From NCBI GenBank assembly GCA_002269645.1, contig NIVC01003584.1, positions 25,582 to 89,581 of the forward strand: 64,000 bases of DNA, read 5' to 3'. Below the pieces are notes generated by a model, which saw only the letters and a list, made by a program, of their open reading frames with translations, was not told the DNA's origin and did not search any database. This document shows positions 45,701 through 57,662 of this stretch, piece after piece. A program made the position numbers and the translations under genes. This DNA is from Macrostomum lignano (taxonomy: Eukaryota). The stretch's first letter is position 1. Every line of letters starts with the position of its first letter.

Positions 45701-48697
45701 CGACTCTGGGGCCATAGAGTCGTACCTGAGGCGTGCTTGAGTCGCTGTAGACTCACTTGGTTGCGTCTGGAGCGCATTTGCGCCACTTTATGAATTAGAA
45801 TCTCATTTCTCGTTTATAAAAACTCTGTTTAGTGACCCAGTGAGTCACCAGTGAGTTGTTCACAATGACTCTTTAGTGATTATTGTCTCGGTAACTGTTT
45901 TTTTAACGGGATCAGAATGGAAGCAGAGGCAATAAATGCGAGGAGAATTGAAGTTGACATTTTTTCAACGCAACATTTGCTATTGCTTTGGGGCAGACCC
46001 AATTTTCATCTTTTGATTTGCATTGCCTTTCTTAATAGCTTAATAGCTAATAGTACAATCGCACATCATGTGTTTAAGAATCATAAAAATGGTATGGATT
46101 GACTTATTAGTTTTATGAATCGATTTTTCATTCAGTCTTAGCTCTATAAATACCAATCAAGCTATAAGAAAGGCGTGTACATTAGGTCTGTCTCCTTTAA
46201 AAACAATAACGATTTTTGTGCTGATCAAATGAAAGCCTCCAATTTCCGTAATGCATTTTTTTAAATCGTTCCTCGAATTTTTCATTCAAAGAAACGTAGT
46301 CTCCCGTCCTACTTGAGAATTTATCGACTGTTAATGCAGAATATGTTAAAGTAGTGTCTGCTAGCAACGCATTCAAATGTTAAACAATGCGCTTAGTTTT
46401 CAAAGTACAATATGTCAGGAAATAATCCTAGCAATAACTTCTGTAGCCAAAGTGCAATTTAATTTGGGACAGAGGCTGCGGCAGTGCAGTTGGCTGAGGC
46501 TTGCGAATTTCCTGACTCAAAGAAAGCCAATTCGCTTCTTGGCTCTTTCCGCGCCAGCTGATTTCAGGGACGGCCCGACTTTATTAACAAGGTTAGCTTC
46601 AGTTGCTAGGCAGAAATGTGACTGTCAAATATTGTCGAAAAAACTGTTAGCATTTGTTATCAGCAACTAGCATAGTGCATTAGAATCTTAATTATGATTT
46701 ATTGTTCGGTGTAACTAGCCGACGTGTTAAGTTCAGAAGGCAAAAATCATGAGGCTTTTATCTAGCGATTGATACATTATAAATGGTTAAATATGCTTCT
46801 GAAATCTGCAGTGCTATGAAGTCTAAGCACCTGAACGATTGGTTATTATTGAATTCAGATTAGAGAAAAGCAGAAATCAAACCAGAAAAATGATTTTATC
46901 GAAGTACAAACAAGCGCTTTGCTCACGGTATTCTTGCGCCAGTGGAGACTCGGCTAAAATATTCATGTGCAGTTGACTGTTGGAAATTCGGTCTGGTTAG
47001 AGCGACTGCTCAGACACACAGACACGAGTACATTGAGAATGACCCAGATGACCCAGTATTGAATACAGTTTTATAGTTCTATTGTTACCTCTGCAAACAT
47101 AGAACTTGACACAGATTGTACTGTGTCTCAAACTAATACTATCTAATAATATTAATCATATATTCGCGGGAGGGCAGCAAAACACCCTGGCGCAATGCCT
47201 CCGGCAACATTGTCCGACACAACCATTGCATTGTATTGCGTTTTGAGCTTGTGGTCGACTTAGATCTAAATCTATATAAATCTAAACCTTTAAATCCCAG
47301 ACAGACTCACTCAGCCCGGCCTTGTGGAAAATCTCCCCGATCCGGTCCTGCAGCGCCTCATCGTACAGACACCAGTCGCCGGAGGACAGGTCCAAGTCCA
47401 GGCCGAAGCTTGACGAGTGCGACAGCCGCGAGCTGGCCAGCAGGTGCGCCACGTGCACCTCCTCCCAGGCCGACCGGGCGTCCGCCAGCTGCCGATCGGC
47501 CGAGGCGACACCGTCGGCAACTTCGCGTCCGCCGGAGGCCAGACGGTCGCAGACAGTCAGCTGATCGGCGGCTTCGGCTGACAGCGCAGCGGCGGCATCG
47601 ATCAGGCGGTCCAGCATCTCCAGGGTGGCTGAAGGAGAACCCGCCGTCGCCGCCGTTGCTGCCGATGTCGCTCCAGCTCCAGCTAATGGCGGATCAACCG
47701 ACGCCGAAGCGAAATCGATTCCCGAGTCCTCCATGAGCCAGCAGGCGGATGTGGCCACGGCGGTTGATGAGGCGGCGCAGTCGGAGAACAGCGACTCGCC
47801 CTGGCGCAGCGAGGTCAGCAGCTGCTGGCGGGTCAGCTCGTCATCCTCGTCATCTGCGTCTTCTCGGTCGGCAAAGAGCTCGTCTTCGGCGGCTTCTTGA
47901 TGCTGCTGCTGCGGCTTCTTGCTGTTGAACTCGTCTCGCCTCCTGGCGAACTCGGCACCCAGCGAGGTGTCCAGGAACTCGGCAGCGTCAGCATCGGCTG
48001 GCAGCTCCGGGTCAACGCTGGGCGATTCGACTGCCGCGTTGCTATCGCCGTTGCTATGGACGCGAGCGTAGATGTGCAGCACCCGGTGGAACAGGTCCTG
48101 GTTGTGCTCGTTGACGTAGCCGGGCAGAGACGGCTGCTGGGACTGCTGGCGGGGCGGGGATCCGGGTGCCGCGGCTGGAATGGAGGGGTATAACAAATAT
48201 CTGGGTGTAACATCCGCATAGCAACAAAGCTGATAGCCAGATCTCTCAGCATTGAACTAACTCAGTCATCGCTCACCACAAGTGCCGGGCCAAGCAACTG
48301 CGGAATTGCCGACAGAGCCAGAATGAATAAACCAGCTGTCTCGGTTGACGGACTCCAAGCTGGACACGGCTCTGAGACTGTCAGTCCTGAACTCCACATC
48401 CTGAACTGAAGCGGCGGTGGCGGCAGCAGCTGAGCCGTCACCGTCAGGCAGCGCCTCCTCTGCTGAGTCTATCAGAAAATCCTGGTTACCACCGGCCGCT
48501 GCTGTAGCTCGACTGCCTTTGAATTCTCCGAAGTTATCGTCGCTGTCATCATCGTCGGGATCATCGTAGCCCAGCAGGTGCCGGGTCTCACCAGCGATTC
48601 TCGCCGCACCGGCTGACGCCGGCAGCTGCCGCAACTCAATGGCGTCGGCAGCTTGGCGGCGATTGCGCTGCCGCTGGTGCTGCTGGGTGTTGCCCAT
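42244..48697 (-). CDS. OTULIN/FAM105-like OTU-domain protein, probably catalytically impaired (at least 757 aa, 5 exons)
   Basis: Exons 48697-48277, 48174-47311, 44164-43821, 43118-42816 and 42585-42244 join in frame. The C-terminal ~330 aa show OTULIN-like motifs in order: LTDY, FIRRVAG...CALHRAALF, HGWLSDTW, DLLEAAAALTL, EDLQLLAESLGLTIRLL, LTLISEPSNGCYGVLI. Alignment was from memory of OTULIN motifs, not a search. Confidence 0.75.
42633..42815 (+). repeat. (CAGA)n microsatellite, intronic
   Basis: Tetranucleotide array within the predicted intron 42815-42586. Confidence 0.97.
43430..43800 (+). repeat. ~22-bp minisatellite with ~88-bp higher-order unit, intronic
   Basis: Recurring ccagttcaatctaatctcatccct and ttcagtccaatctcatccc. 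Confidence 0.88.
44293..45600 (-). mobile_element. Full-length mariner (DD34D) transposon, 1308 bp
   Basis: 29-bp TIRs cgagggatactc(t/c)aaaagttttgcaattc with 1 mismatch, TA duplication at 44291-44292 and 45601-45602, and an uninterrupted transposase ORF. Confidence 0.97.
44356..45417 (-). CDS. Mariner transposase (353 aa from MELNREQ)
   Basis: WIPHIL linker, TGDET, HHDNAPAH and YSPDLAPCDF; 34 residues between the second and third Asp. Confidence 0.96.
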   Translation of the reverse strand: MELNREQNRLLIWYCHKRKLTALETHAELLATLEAQAPSYATVTRWYREFQAGRTSFSDDPRPGRPPTAVTEENIAAVQELIHQDPRITTDMLAMNVGIGSAAVDTILHDHLRVRKLCARWIPHILTDAQKQARMEFCQFLINRYEHGSHQRRSEVITGDETFLYHFDVETKRSSAEWVPEGGQRPLKARRSRSQGKRMFAIFFDSQGVVAMVKLEGQATVTARWYTEECLPVVIDSVTQRAPRTGMRGRKLHHDNAPAHTAAATRAFLDQEGISTLPHPAYSPDLAPCDFWLFPEIKKSLRGRRFQSDEELEQAAKEAIDGIPIEDFQGLMNKWLGRAHKCLQFRGAYFEGL

Positions 48698-49078
48698 TGG
48701 GGCGACTGACGCTGACCCGTTGGGTAGCGCTGGGGCCGGCTCTAGCGACTGCCGCGTGCGGGGGGCGGGTCGGGTCGTAAGTGGCGATGCTTTTGTGGCT
48801 GCTAAGGGGTGACTCTATTGCGATTGCTAAGGTGGTGATTCTCTTAAGGGGGTGATTCTTTTGCCGCTAAGGAGCAGGTGATTCTTTTGTTGCTAAGGGG
48901 GAGGTGATTTTAAGGGGGAGGTGATTCTATTGTTGCTAAGGGGAGGTGATTATTTTGTTGCTAAGGTGGATCTTTCGAGCATTTCCTAAGAACATATTTT
49001 ATTCTTAAGAATAAAATGTGCATAAAAAGGCCAGTAGTTCAAACAAAGGTGTGAAAAAAAACATCACCAGAAACTCAC

Positions 49079-49289
49079 AGTGCAACAATGCGACAAGCTG
49101 TCCTGACCAACACTAGCATCGCCTGCTTCAACAGCATCAGCTGGCAGGTGTCTAGTCCTTGTCTGTGCACTCTTAATCCGATAGCATCCGCAGCCGCAGG
49201 TGCAACAGTCTTCTTCCTCTTCTACAAGCAGACTCTCTTGACCTTCGGTTTCGCTAGTCTCTCCGAGTTGTCTTTGTTGTTGTTGTTGC

Positions 49290-49320
<31 letters not shown>

Positions 49321-49579
49321 GCTGCTGTTGCTTGTGGTAGCGACAGAACAGCCGGTAGGCGATCACGCCGCCGATCCCGATGCCGACAGCGGCTGACAGG
49401 CAGACGATGGAGCCGACACCGCGGACTGGAAGGCGGCACAGGGCGGCTGCTGAGTGAGCGCTGGTTGCGTCAAGCAGCAGGCTGCAAGCGCTGAGCAGCA
49501 GCAGGGCTGAGCTCACGCAGCAGGCGGCTAGGGACAGGCCCAGAGCCTGAGCTACTGATAGCCTAGAGCTAACTAGCAT
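49079..49579 (-). CDS. Probable upstream exon with two hydrophobic segments and polyQ (may join the OTULIN-like gene)
   Basis: MLVSSRLSVAQALGLSLAACCVSSALLLLSACSLLL and GVGSIVCLSAAVGIGIGGVIAY segments, Q19, donor act|gtgagt at 49079; a phase-0 acceptor cag|tcg at 48748 is in frame with the 48697 ORF. Confidence 0.5.
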
Positions 49580-52500
49580 TAGCCAGGCCTCGCCATTAGT
49601 CTCCGCGGACAAAACAAAGAATCCGAATAAAATTAAACGAATGAAGAATAAAAATCCAGGCCCCCGATTTGACTTTCTTCTCCTGCCAGCCGCTATTTTT
49701 GTCTCTAATACCCCCGCGAATATCTCCGCTGGCTTCGTGTTTCCCTCCCACCCCCAACCCAAACTGCGGAGCACCTATCCTATTCAGACATTGGTTCCCA
49801 TGGACCTCGCCTATACACTCTATACAGGTCCTACAGAACGATATGGAAGCGGGACTTGGGCCTAATACCGGTACGAAATAATGGAAGCGCAGGGCTAGAC
49901 GGAAGGGGGGGCAGGCGGAGAAAACGCAGATGTGGCGCTGCGCAGAAGGCCACCAACTAGCCATATCTTCCTCTCGTTCCCTCACTGCCCCCCCCCCTGC
50001 ACCAATAGCAATGTCCTGTCAGCGGCGAGCTATTAATAAGACAGGCCAGTTCCGAATGGGTAACCAACCTGAACTAACCAGCCAACCAGCCTCAGAAAAA
50101 AACCCGAGCCATTAGTGTAGAAAAGCAGGTTAAGGCGAAAAAGGACGGGACAAGCGCTGCACGCGGTAACTGATATGCGCGTTCTTGTTCACAGGACCGG
50201 ACATGAAAAATGGTGAGGGTTTTTTATCGGGAGCCAAGCCGGCAGTGTGGGACTGTCAGCTGGGCCCCGTTCTGTCCCTGCGGCTACCAACCCTCGGCTC
50301 GTACTGCGGGCAAGCATTGCAGACAGATACAGGCAGTGCAGGACGCAAAGTGTATGTGGGAACTCGAGTGCGGCCAATGCCGTGTACCAAAGCCAACGAA
50401 CTGCACTAAGGGTTTCAATCTGCCTCCGATATGCGTAATTTTATGGCTTTTTTTCAAGCTAACTAGCAACTGTAGCTTATCCACTGGCAACACGAAACGG
50501 GTCACTGGGCAAACAAGTTGTTTAATAATAATAATATATAATGTATGTTGCTTGTCTAAAACTAAATGTATAGAAAATATTTTTAGAAAGGATCGAACTC
50601 TACAGTTTCATATACTTTGCCCACAGTAAAATACATTCACCAGCAAATGATGCCTAGAGCCAATCCTGCATAATTTGATGAAGTCCTAGCGACTGGAGGA
50701 TACTGGAAAGGAAGGAGGTAATCGATTTTGTACAAGTTTAAGTCGCCGTCACTCTGTCTCCGTCCTACCCTAAAGACTAGACTCAGCCTCAACTCTGCTC
50801 AGCCAGTCAGTCAGTACAGAAACTCCAATTGAGTGCAGCAGAGAGAACATTTGAGAGACGGCAGCTCCTAGTCTTCGAAAAAGTTTTGGAGACGAACTAA
50901 CGGAGAGAGAAAAAAGTTAATTAGCTCGCTTCCGATCGAGATATAAGAGACCGAAGTATTCCCGAGAATGAGAATTTCTAGAACACGGAAGGGATAAGAA
51001 AAAATTGATGTGCTCGCACAGCATTTTAATAATGCAATAGCAAGTCCAGCACGTATGTATTGCTTCGATTTTCCCTTCATCGAGCCAATACTCGAGCGGC
51101 AGCGCATCCTGCAATCATAAATCGCATGCGGAATAGACGGGCACTAATGCCAGGGGAAGCAGGAATCGATGCAGGCACAGTTAACTGGGCAAACATTAAG
51201 GCAATTGCCTATAGAAGAAAGCTTGTTGCAGCATAAAGTCTAGTTAGAAAAGTTGTGCAGTATTGCCTAAGCTAGCCGAGCTAAAAATAGCAGAAACTGC
51301 AGTGTAATACTCGTATGTAGATTCTGTTGTGACCCAAACAGACCTGAAATGAGACTTAGGAGAGATTTGACAGCGGAAACTAAACCTTTCTTTTATGTCC
51401 GAAAGGCCCACACCGAAGCCTGCCCAGTCAAGATTAGGGTAAACATTCCTAGGAAATGAACATATACTAGGTACTAGAAAAATAGTATATGTAGATTTTT
51501 TCGCTAAAAGATATTTAATAAGGGGTTATCGATTGAACGCTAGCAATTAGTGTCGAAAGCATCGCAAACAGCACGGGTTTTTAGACAGACTAGCCAATAT
51601 TTCAGGCATGTGACGCGGCAACTTACCCCGATCTAGATCAACAGAGACCAGCGGCAATGCTCGAGAGCGAAACGGGCCACCACCGCCAGAGTGCAGTACC
51701 AATAGCAGCACCACTTTGCGTCTAGCCGACAATGAGCTCCCGCCACTGTTGTTGCTGCTAGACAGCCACATACTCATGCGGCCTCTGCCGCCGCTGGCGG
51801 GCCTGCGACCAAAGTAGCGTCTGCGCGATTCGGGCAGAGGACTGGCAAGACAAGCGGGATCTAACAGCGGCCTAGGATGCGAAAAGCTTGGCCAACAGCT
51901 GGCAGACAGAGGGGTCAAGTAAGAGGACGGTAGATAGCCTAGCCGACCAGCGGATGCGACTGTAGTCGATAACAGCCGGAACAGACGGATGCGAAGAAGC
52001 CGCTTGATTAGTGGAGGCAACGGGCGCTCGGGGGGAAGCATAGTGCGACCCCTTCCCGTGCAGCCCTGCCCTCCACCCCGCTGAAGCAAAGGCTAGCGGT
52101 ACGCGATGCCAATTGTTGCCTTGCCCTCCTCGTCTTCACACACTCCTGTTCGCGTATTTTCTTCAGGCTTTGGCACCTTAGTTATTTCTTCGGCAAGAGC
52201 GGCGACTGTAGCCTCTAGCGTGGCTTTCCGTTGATTTCTATTCGTTCTCGCTCGGGTCCATGCTGCGCACTTTATAATACCGCCTCTCACTATGCACCCA
52301 TGTGCACATAGAAGATAGGGTAGTAGATTGGGCAGTATTTTCCGTCCACAGAATACTTTTGAACGATGGGCGCGAGCGCACGGGCGTCTCAGATACTTGG
52401 CAATTAAGCGGGGCTGTCTGTCAACGTATTCGATTCATGGCGGGAAAATATTGATGACTGGACTTCAAGACGCATGCTCCATAACGGCGCGCTTTAGCTG

Positions 52501-55500
52501 GATATTTGCAGCAGCCACAGGGCTCGGATTAACTGAAGGTTGCGCGTAACGCTAACATGGGATTTTTCGCTAATGCGTTATTTTTGCCAGAAAGGAGCAA
52601 TTGAACCTCTTTGCGTTCAGCACGACCAAATGCGGCCAGAACAGAGGGCAGTCGGCCTCAGCAACCGCTGCGTCTGTTTTTCTACCCTTCAAGAGTGCAG
52701 AGTATAGAATGAGTCAACGCGGCGCTGGCGGAGTACGGGGCCAGCCAAGAGCAGGACGAGCAAAGGGGAACGGGATAGCAGGATGGATTTGCTGCGAATG
52801 CCGCTGTCGAATATAAATCGAATCCACAAAACGGGCGGACGGCCCAAGGGAAAGGGGGTAGGAATAGAGAGAGCGGCAGGCGAGTCAGCGAGATGGGAAA
52901 GGGCCACTAGTAGAAGCAGGCTCTAGGCAAGGGGGCAGGGACTAGAAGGGGGAATTTAGAAGACCGCCACGAGGGATTAATCAAGGGACGCCGGGTGGTT
53001 GGAAAGAGAAAAAGAGCGCAAGAGATGAGGGGGCGGTAGCGGCAGACGCAAATCCGAGTGCAGAGTCGCTAATGCGAGCAGCGCCTTGAATAACAGCCGG
53101 ATAGGAGCAAGCACGAATGGAGAGCAGCGTATTTCTTTACTGGCACAACTTCCTTGCTTCGCGGTTTTTTTTCTTTTCTTAGTAACGTTAAGCTAGACTG
53201 AAGCGTCTTTGCGGGAGGCAAGGTTCCTCTCAGGAGGGGGTACGGAGCTGAAAATCCGGCAGAGACGAGATTCGGGGAGTCGGGGTAATAAAGGGGATGG
53301 AAAAAATATGGAATGTCAGTGTAGAGGATACACGAGGCCTTTACAGCGCAGGCGATTCTTTGATGCGGAAGGCAACCACTTGTGACGAGGAGCGAAGGGG
53401 AAGCCTTCAGACTACCTCGGGCAGTTGGGCAGCTGCAGGCTCGAAGCGGACTGGCGAATCCAAGTTAGTTCTTAGATGCTGAATGAATAACTTTAGTCTG
53501 CCTCGCCAACTCGTCGGTTTTTCCACAAAATTGTTTGCTTTAGGACTGGATGGAATTCTTTTGGCCGCCAACACAGACTTGATGAATGCGTACGCAAGGC
53601 AGAGGAATTCCAAAGTTGTCTTTAATGTAAATCGGTATAGACAATCAGTTGAAAATTGCAAACGCTTGCTGTGGAGCTTCTTTTACTGTTGGGCTTCTCT
53701 CGGTGAGCAGATTAATTCAGTTGCTAGCCAAAATTTTAATTTAGTCTGACACGCACAGCAGAACGACGATCTAGTGAAATGCAGAACTTTCTCTTCGGAA
53801 TATTTGATAATATACAACAATGAGTGACAAACTTTGAGTCTCACACCCGAGCTCCTCTTATATGCAGAATTACGCTTCTCCGCCTGTTGCAGCAGTAACG
53901 AAAGCAGAAAAAGCTCGCAATAAAAGCAGAAAACTGAGTGGGTGGAGACTAAAAGGCGCCTGTGCGCAGGCGTGTGAACTAATGAACGAAGAATGAATAG
54001 AGAAGGAATGAGCGACCGCTTCTTTTAGCTTGAAGCAAATAGAAGATGCAGAAGGGAAAAGAGGAGAGACTGGGGGAAGGCCGGAGACGGGTCGTGTTCA
54101 GACCTGACGCGCAGACTGGACAGAATGCAGACAGACGGAGAGAGTGGAGGAGAGAAAGGGACTTGGGTCGCTGGTTGCCTACACCAGAAACTAGCCCCGC
54201 ACTGATGTGTCTGTCTACAGGGGGAGGAAGGAAAGATAGGCAGGGAGAATGCTCGCGACGAAGGCAACACACAGGGAACGTTTCCAAAGTGCTCGGAGCT
54301 GGAGGGAGAGAGTAGGATTAAAAATCAGACAGAAATGAGCAGTTCGAAGAGTCTAAATGGAATTATAGTCGAACAAAGAAGACAAATTAGGACAAAAGTG
54401 AAGCAATTTAACGGCTAGAACTGTTAAAAAGATGCAACTGTACTCTAGATGCTCAAGTAGAGTAACTACAGAGAGTGCGAAAAGCACTAGACTCAAGAGC
54501 GGACTTCTTTACGCGAACTTAGCTGCAAGAGCCTATTGAAAAGATTTTTTAGGAAAGCGAAATTGTCTTCTTTACTGATTCGAAAAGCTGCGCTGTGTTC
54601 CTCATCGCGTGTCGAAGTACACTCGATCTTCTGAGCCGGGACCAGCAACAAAGTTCTATTACACTGATCAACGGACGAGACTTCTCGGTATATTCGATCT
54701 TATCGAAGGGTGCCTGATGAAGCTGAGCAGTTCTGCTATCGAGACACTGCTCCAGGTTTAAACGTCTCAAAGATGGCTGATAAGAAACACGAGTGTAGAA
54801 ATCCAATACCACCGAACGAAATAGGAAGCTTATGTTGTTGGACTCAACTTGATGTAGTAGCCGCTTGAAGCGCTGCCGCGTGAACTGAATGCAAACAGCA
54901 GGCGGAAGACAGGCCGGGCTTTGCGGGCAGCGCAAATTAAAATTCCACAAGAGACTCCCACCGCGCTGCAAATTCAATTCATTCCCTCGACAGCGGAGGG
55001 GAAAACGCAGTGGGATAAGGTGACAGTGGATGCACGACCTTCACCCATTGTACTGCCAACATAAGACGCCCCATGTGCGCGCATGCGCTCAAGGCTATCC
55101 GCTTTCCGTCCCTCATCCCTCACCCAGTATTTCGCTTCCACGCATTGAATTAAAGCAGCTGAGCGCATCCCAGTCAAAGAATACTGAGCTAAATCAGATG
55201 TGCGCAGATAGGCAGTCAGACCGACCCCAAGCTGCATTTCCAATACAAACACCGAGATTGGAAATTCAGCTATAGGGATGCATCAACTCCGCAGACTCTT
55301 CTCTCTGTTGCTGGATAGAGATTCACTTGGCAACGAACTCAGCCTGCCCCGTGACCCCGCGATTGCGCTTTTGGAATGAATAGAAACTGGAACGATAAAG
55401 GCAAAAATTATGGCACGCAAGTAATGGAAATAACTATGGTAGATTGCTTAAAATAGATTCGACCCAGATCGCAAAGTATGCAGAAAATAAATCATCTGAA

Positions 55501-55638
55501 ATATAGCTAACCTACGAGTACACATCAGCTAGGGTAAAGAAAGAGAATGACCCCATCAATCATCAACTAGGCTAATTACGAATTAATTTATATTAGGAAA
55601 TGGTAGCTAAAATCAATACTTGGCTGATTAGAGGTAGC

Positions 55639-57662
55639 TTGCGGGTTGTTCGTTGACTTCGAAGGAGCATTTGACAATGTCCTCTTCCGCTCCTTCAGAA
55701 ATTCTCTTTCCCGCAGGAATGTAAGACACAGCATTGTTCGCTGGATTTATTTTATGATCCGCAAAAGGTTTGTGACATCCACACTTATGGGCGTTACCCT
55801 CACCCGGGCGGTGATGAAAGGCGGCCCGCAAGGTGGCGTGCTAACTCCACTTCTCTGGAATCTCGTCATGGACGAACTTCTAACCGCTGACATTCCCAGC
55901 AGTATCACCAGGGCGGGATTCGCCGACAAGGCGGCCGACTGGGCTACACAGCATGGCCTAAAAATCAGCGTCACTAAGACTGTCGCTGTCGTTTTCACCA
56001 AGCGCCGTAAGTGGGAGATGAAAAACCTCACTGTCTATGGCAGAAACATCCCCTTCAAGAAGGAGGTCAAATACCTCGGTGTGACGCTAACGCATGACCT
56101 GCGCTGGACGAAGCACCTTGATAACGTCATCGGTCGGGCAAAACGCTGCTTTGCCCAGCTGCGCAGAGCCATCGGGCCGACTTGGGGCCTCTCGCCTAGA
56201 ACGGTCCGTTGGATTTATACCGGCATCATCCGGCCCAGTATCACATACGCGAGTCTCATCTGGACTAGCGTGCTGGAGCAGAAGGCCGCCCGTCAGCGGC
56301 TGTACCAGCTTCAGGGCAGCATTTGCCGTGCCATCACAGGTGCGTACCCGTCCACCCCTTACGAGGGGCTGAACACTATCCTTAACCTACCTCCGCTTCA
56401 CCTATTTATTAGGGCGGAGGCTATGAAGTCTGCCTCCCGGCTTATCAGAGATAAAACGGTAAATAACGCGCCCTCTGGCTTTATGCCAATGAAAACATTA
56501 ATCCCGCATATGGACTTTGTCCGCCGCGACCTTAACAACATCCACATGGACCTGGGCAATGTGGATAGTCGACCTCCCGCCCTCAACATCAGGAGGGGCT
56601 TCAAGACCGCCATCCCTGGCCGAGACAACATTCCGCTGGATGTCGGTGTGAACCGGCGCAGCCAGGGCATTCACTGCTTCACCGACGGCTCGCTGTTCAA
56701 CGGCCGCGCTGGAGCGGGTATTGCCATTTTCCACGAGGGTAAGATGCTTCTCCAGGAAAGTCTGCACCTCGGTGAGAACACCTCAGTTTTCCAAGCTGAA
56801 ATTTGCGCCATTGAGCAGTGTGCCCAGCAACTGTTTCAGGCGAACATTAATAATTTTGACATTAATTTCTACACTGATAGCCAAGCTGCTATTAAGGCCT
56901 TAACCACTGAGAATATCTCCGCTGCTACAGTATCTCAATGCCACCGCAGTGTGCAATCTCTCTCAGTCCTTAACAGGATTAGAATTATCTGGACACCTGG
57001 TCACAGCAACATCCTGGGCAACGAGCTCGCGGACTCTCTCGCCAAGGAGGGCAGCAACCCAGACGGCAACCACCGTCTGATGAGGCTACCCACCCCCAGG
57101 TCGCAAGTCACCCGCCATATCAACAGGTGGCTCCATCAGCAGCACCAGCTCCACTGGAACAGCTGCACCGAGTACAGGCAGAGCCGCTCTGCCATGCCTA
57201 ACCTGAACAGGAAAGTCTCTGATTATCTGATTTCGCTTAACAAAACCGACCTCAGGGAGATGTGCATGGTCCTAACCGGCCACGGATTCTTCCAGAGACA
57301 TATATCGTTGCAAACCGGTTGCCCTCCCACCTGTCCCTTCTGTGGCATAGGAGAGGAGACCGCGGAGCATCACGTCACCTTCTGCCCTTACTTCAACAAG
57401 GCGCGGCACAAATACCTCGGCCACCCCCAGCGGATGGACGAGCTGACCACCGCGGACAATATCCGAGACCTCCGCGCCTTCGTCCGGGACTCCGGCCGGA
57501 TGAGGGTCGCCGATGCCTCCACTGCGGACCTGCCGACTACTGGCGGGGACTGGGCGCACCCCCAAGGCTAATCCTTGTGCTCTTTTACCTTGGGGTTGCG
57601 ATAGGGCCTCGCGGCCTATTCGCGGCGCCTGCGCCCCCCGTCAGTAGTAAGTAGTAAGTAAG
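55639..57662 (+). mobile_element. 5'-truncated non-LTR retrotransposon (RT C-terminal half, RNase H, CCHC; Loa/I/R1-group-like)
   Basis: 10-bp TSD tagaggtagc at 55629-55638 and 57663-57672; 3' (AGTA/TAAG)n tail at ~57643-57662. Confidence 0.92.
55646..57571 (+). pseudogene. Truncated LINE ORF2 fragment
   Basis: [28 protein letters not shown]; RNase H motifs [34 protein letters not shown]; CPFC..EETAEH..C. RT motif reads FADK, indicating an internal deletion. Confidence 0.9.

Larger units (their letters stand above)
44219..45872. mobile_element. MITE-like repeat (same family as 20947-21363) interrupted by mariner
   Basis: agagtcacttgcg...taagtgactcTA | mariner | TA...gacgcctttgaaacggcgagatgccacggtacag...caatgactct is collinear with the reverse complement of 20947-21363. 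Confidence 0.7.

Noticed and set aside
50210-50629. SWIM-like zinc finger (CPCG...KHC) ORF
   Set aside because: Ligand spacing does not fit CxCxnCxH well; no splice structure or transposase context.
51547-52290. LINE ORF1/gag-like remnant
   Set aside because: Only compositional hints (coiled-coil-like LEATVAALAEEI, CCLRC); no diagnostic motif.
54549-55252. Degenerate integrase-like ORFs (QFTRQRFKRLL...SYQPS)
   Set aside because: Weak resemblance without recognisable DDE residues or element boundaries.
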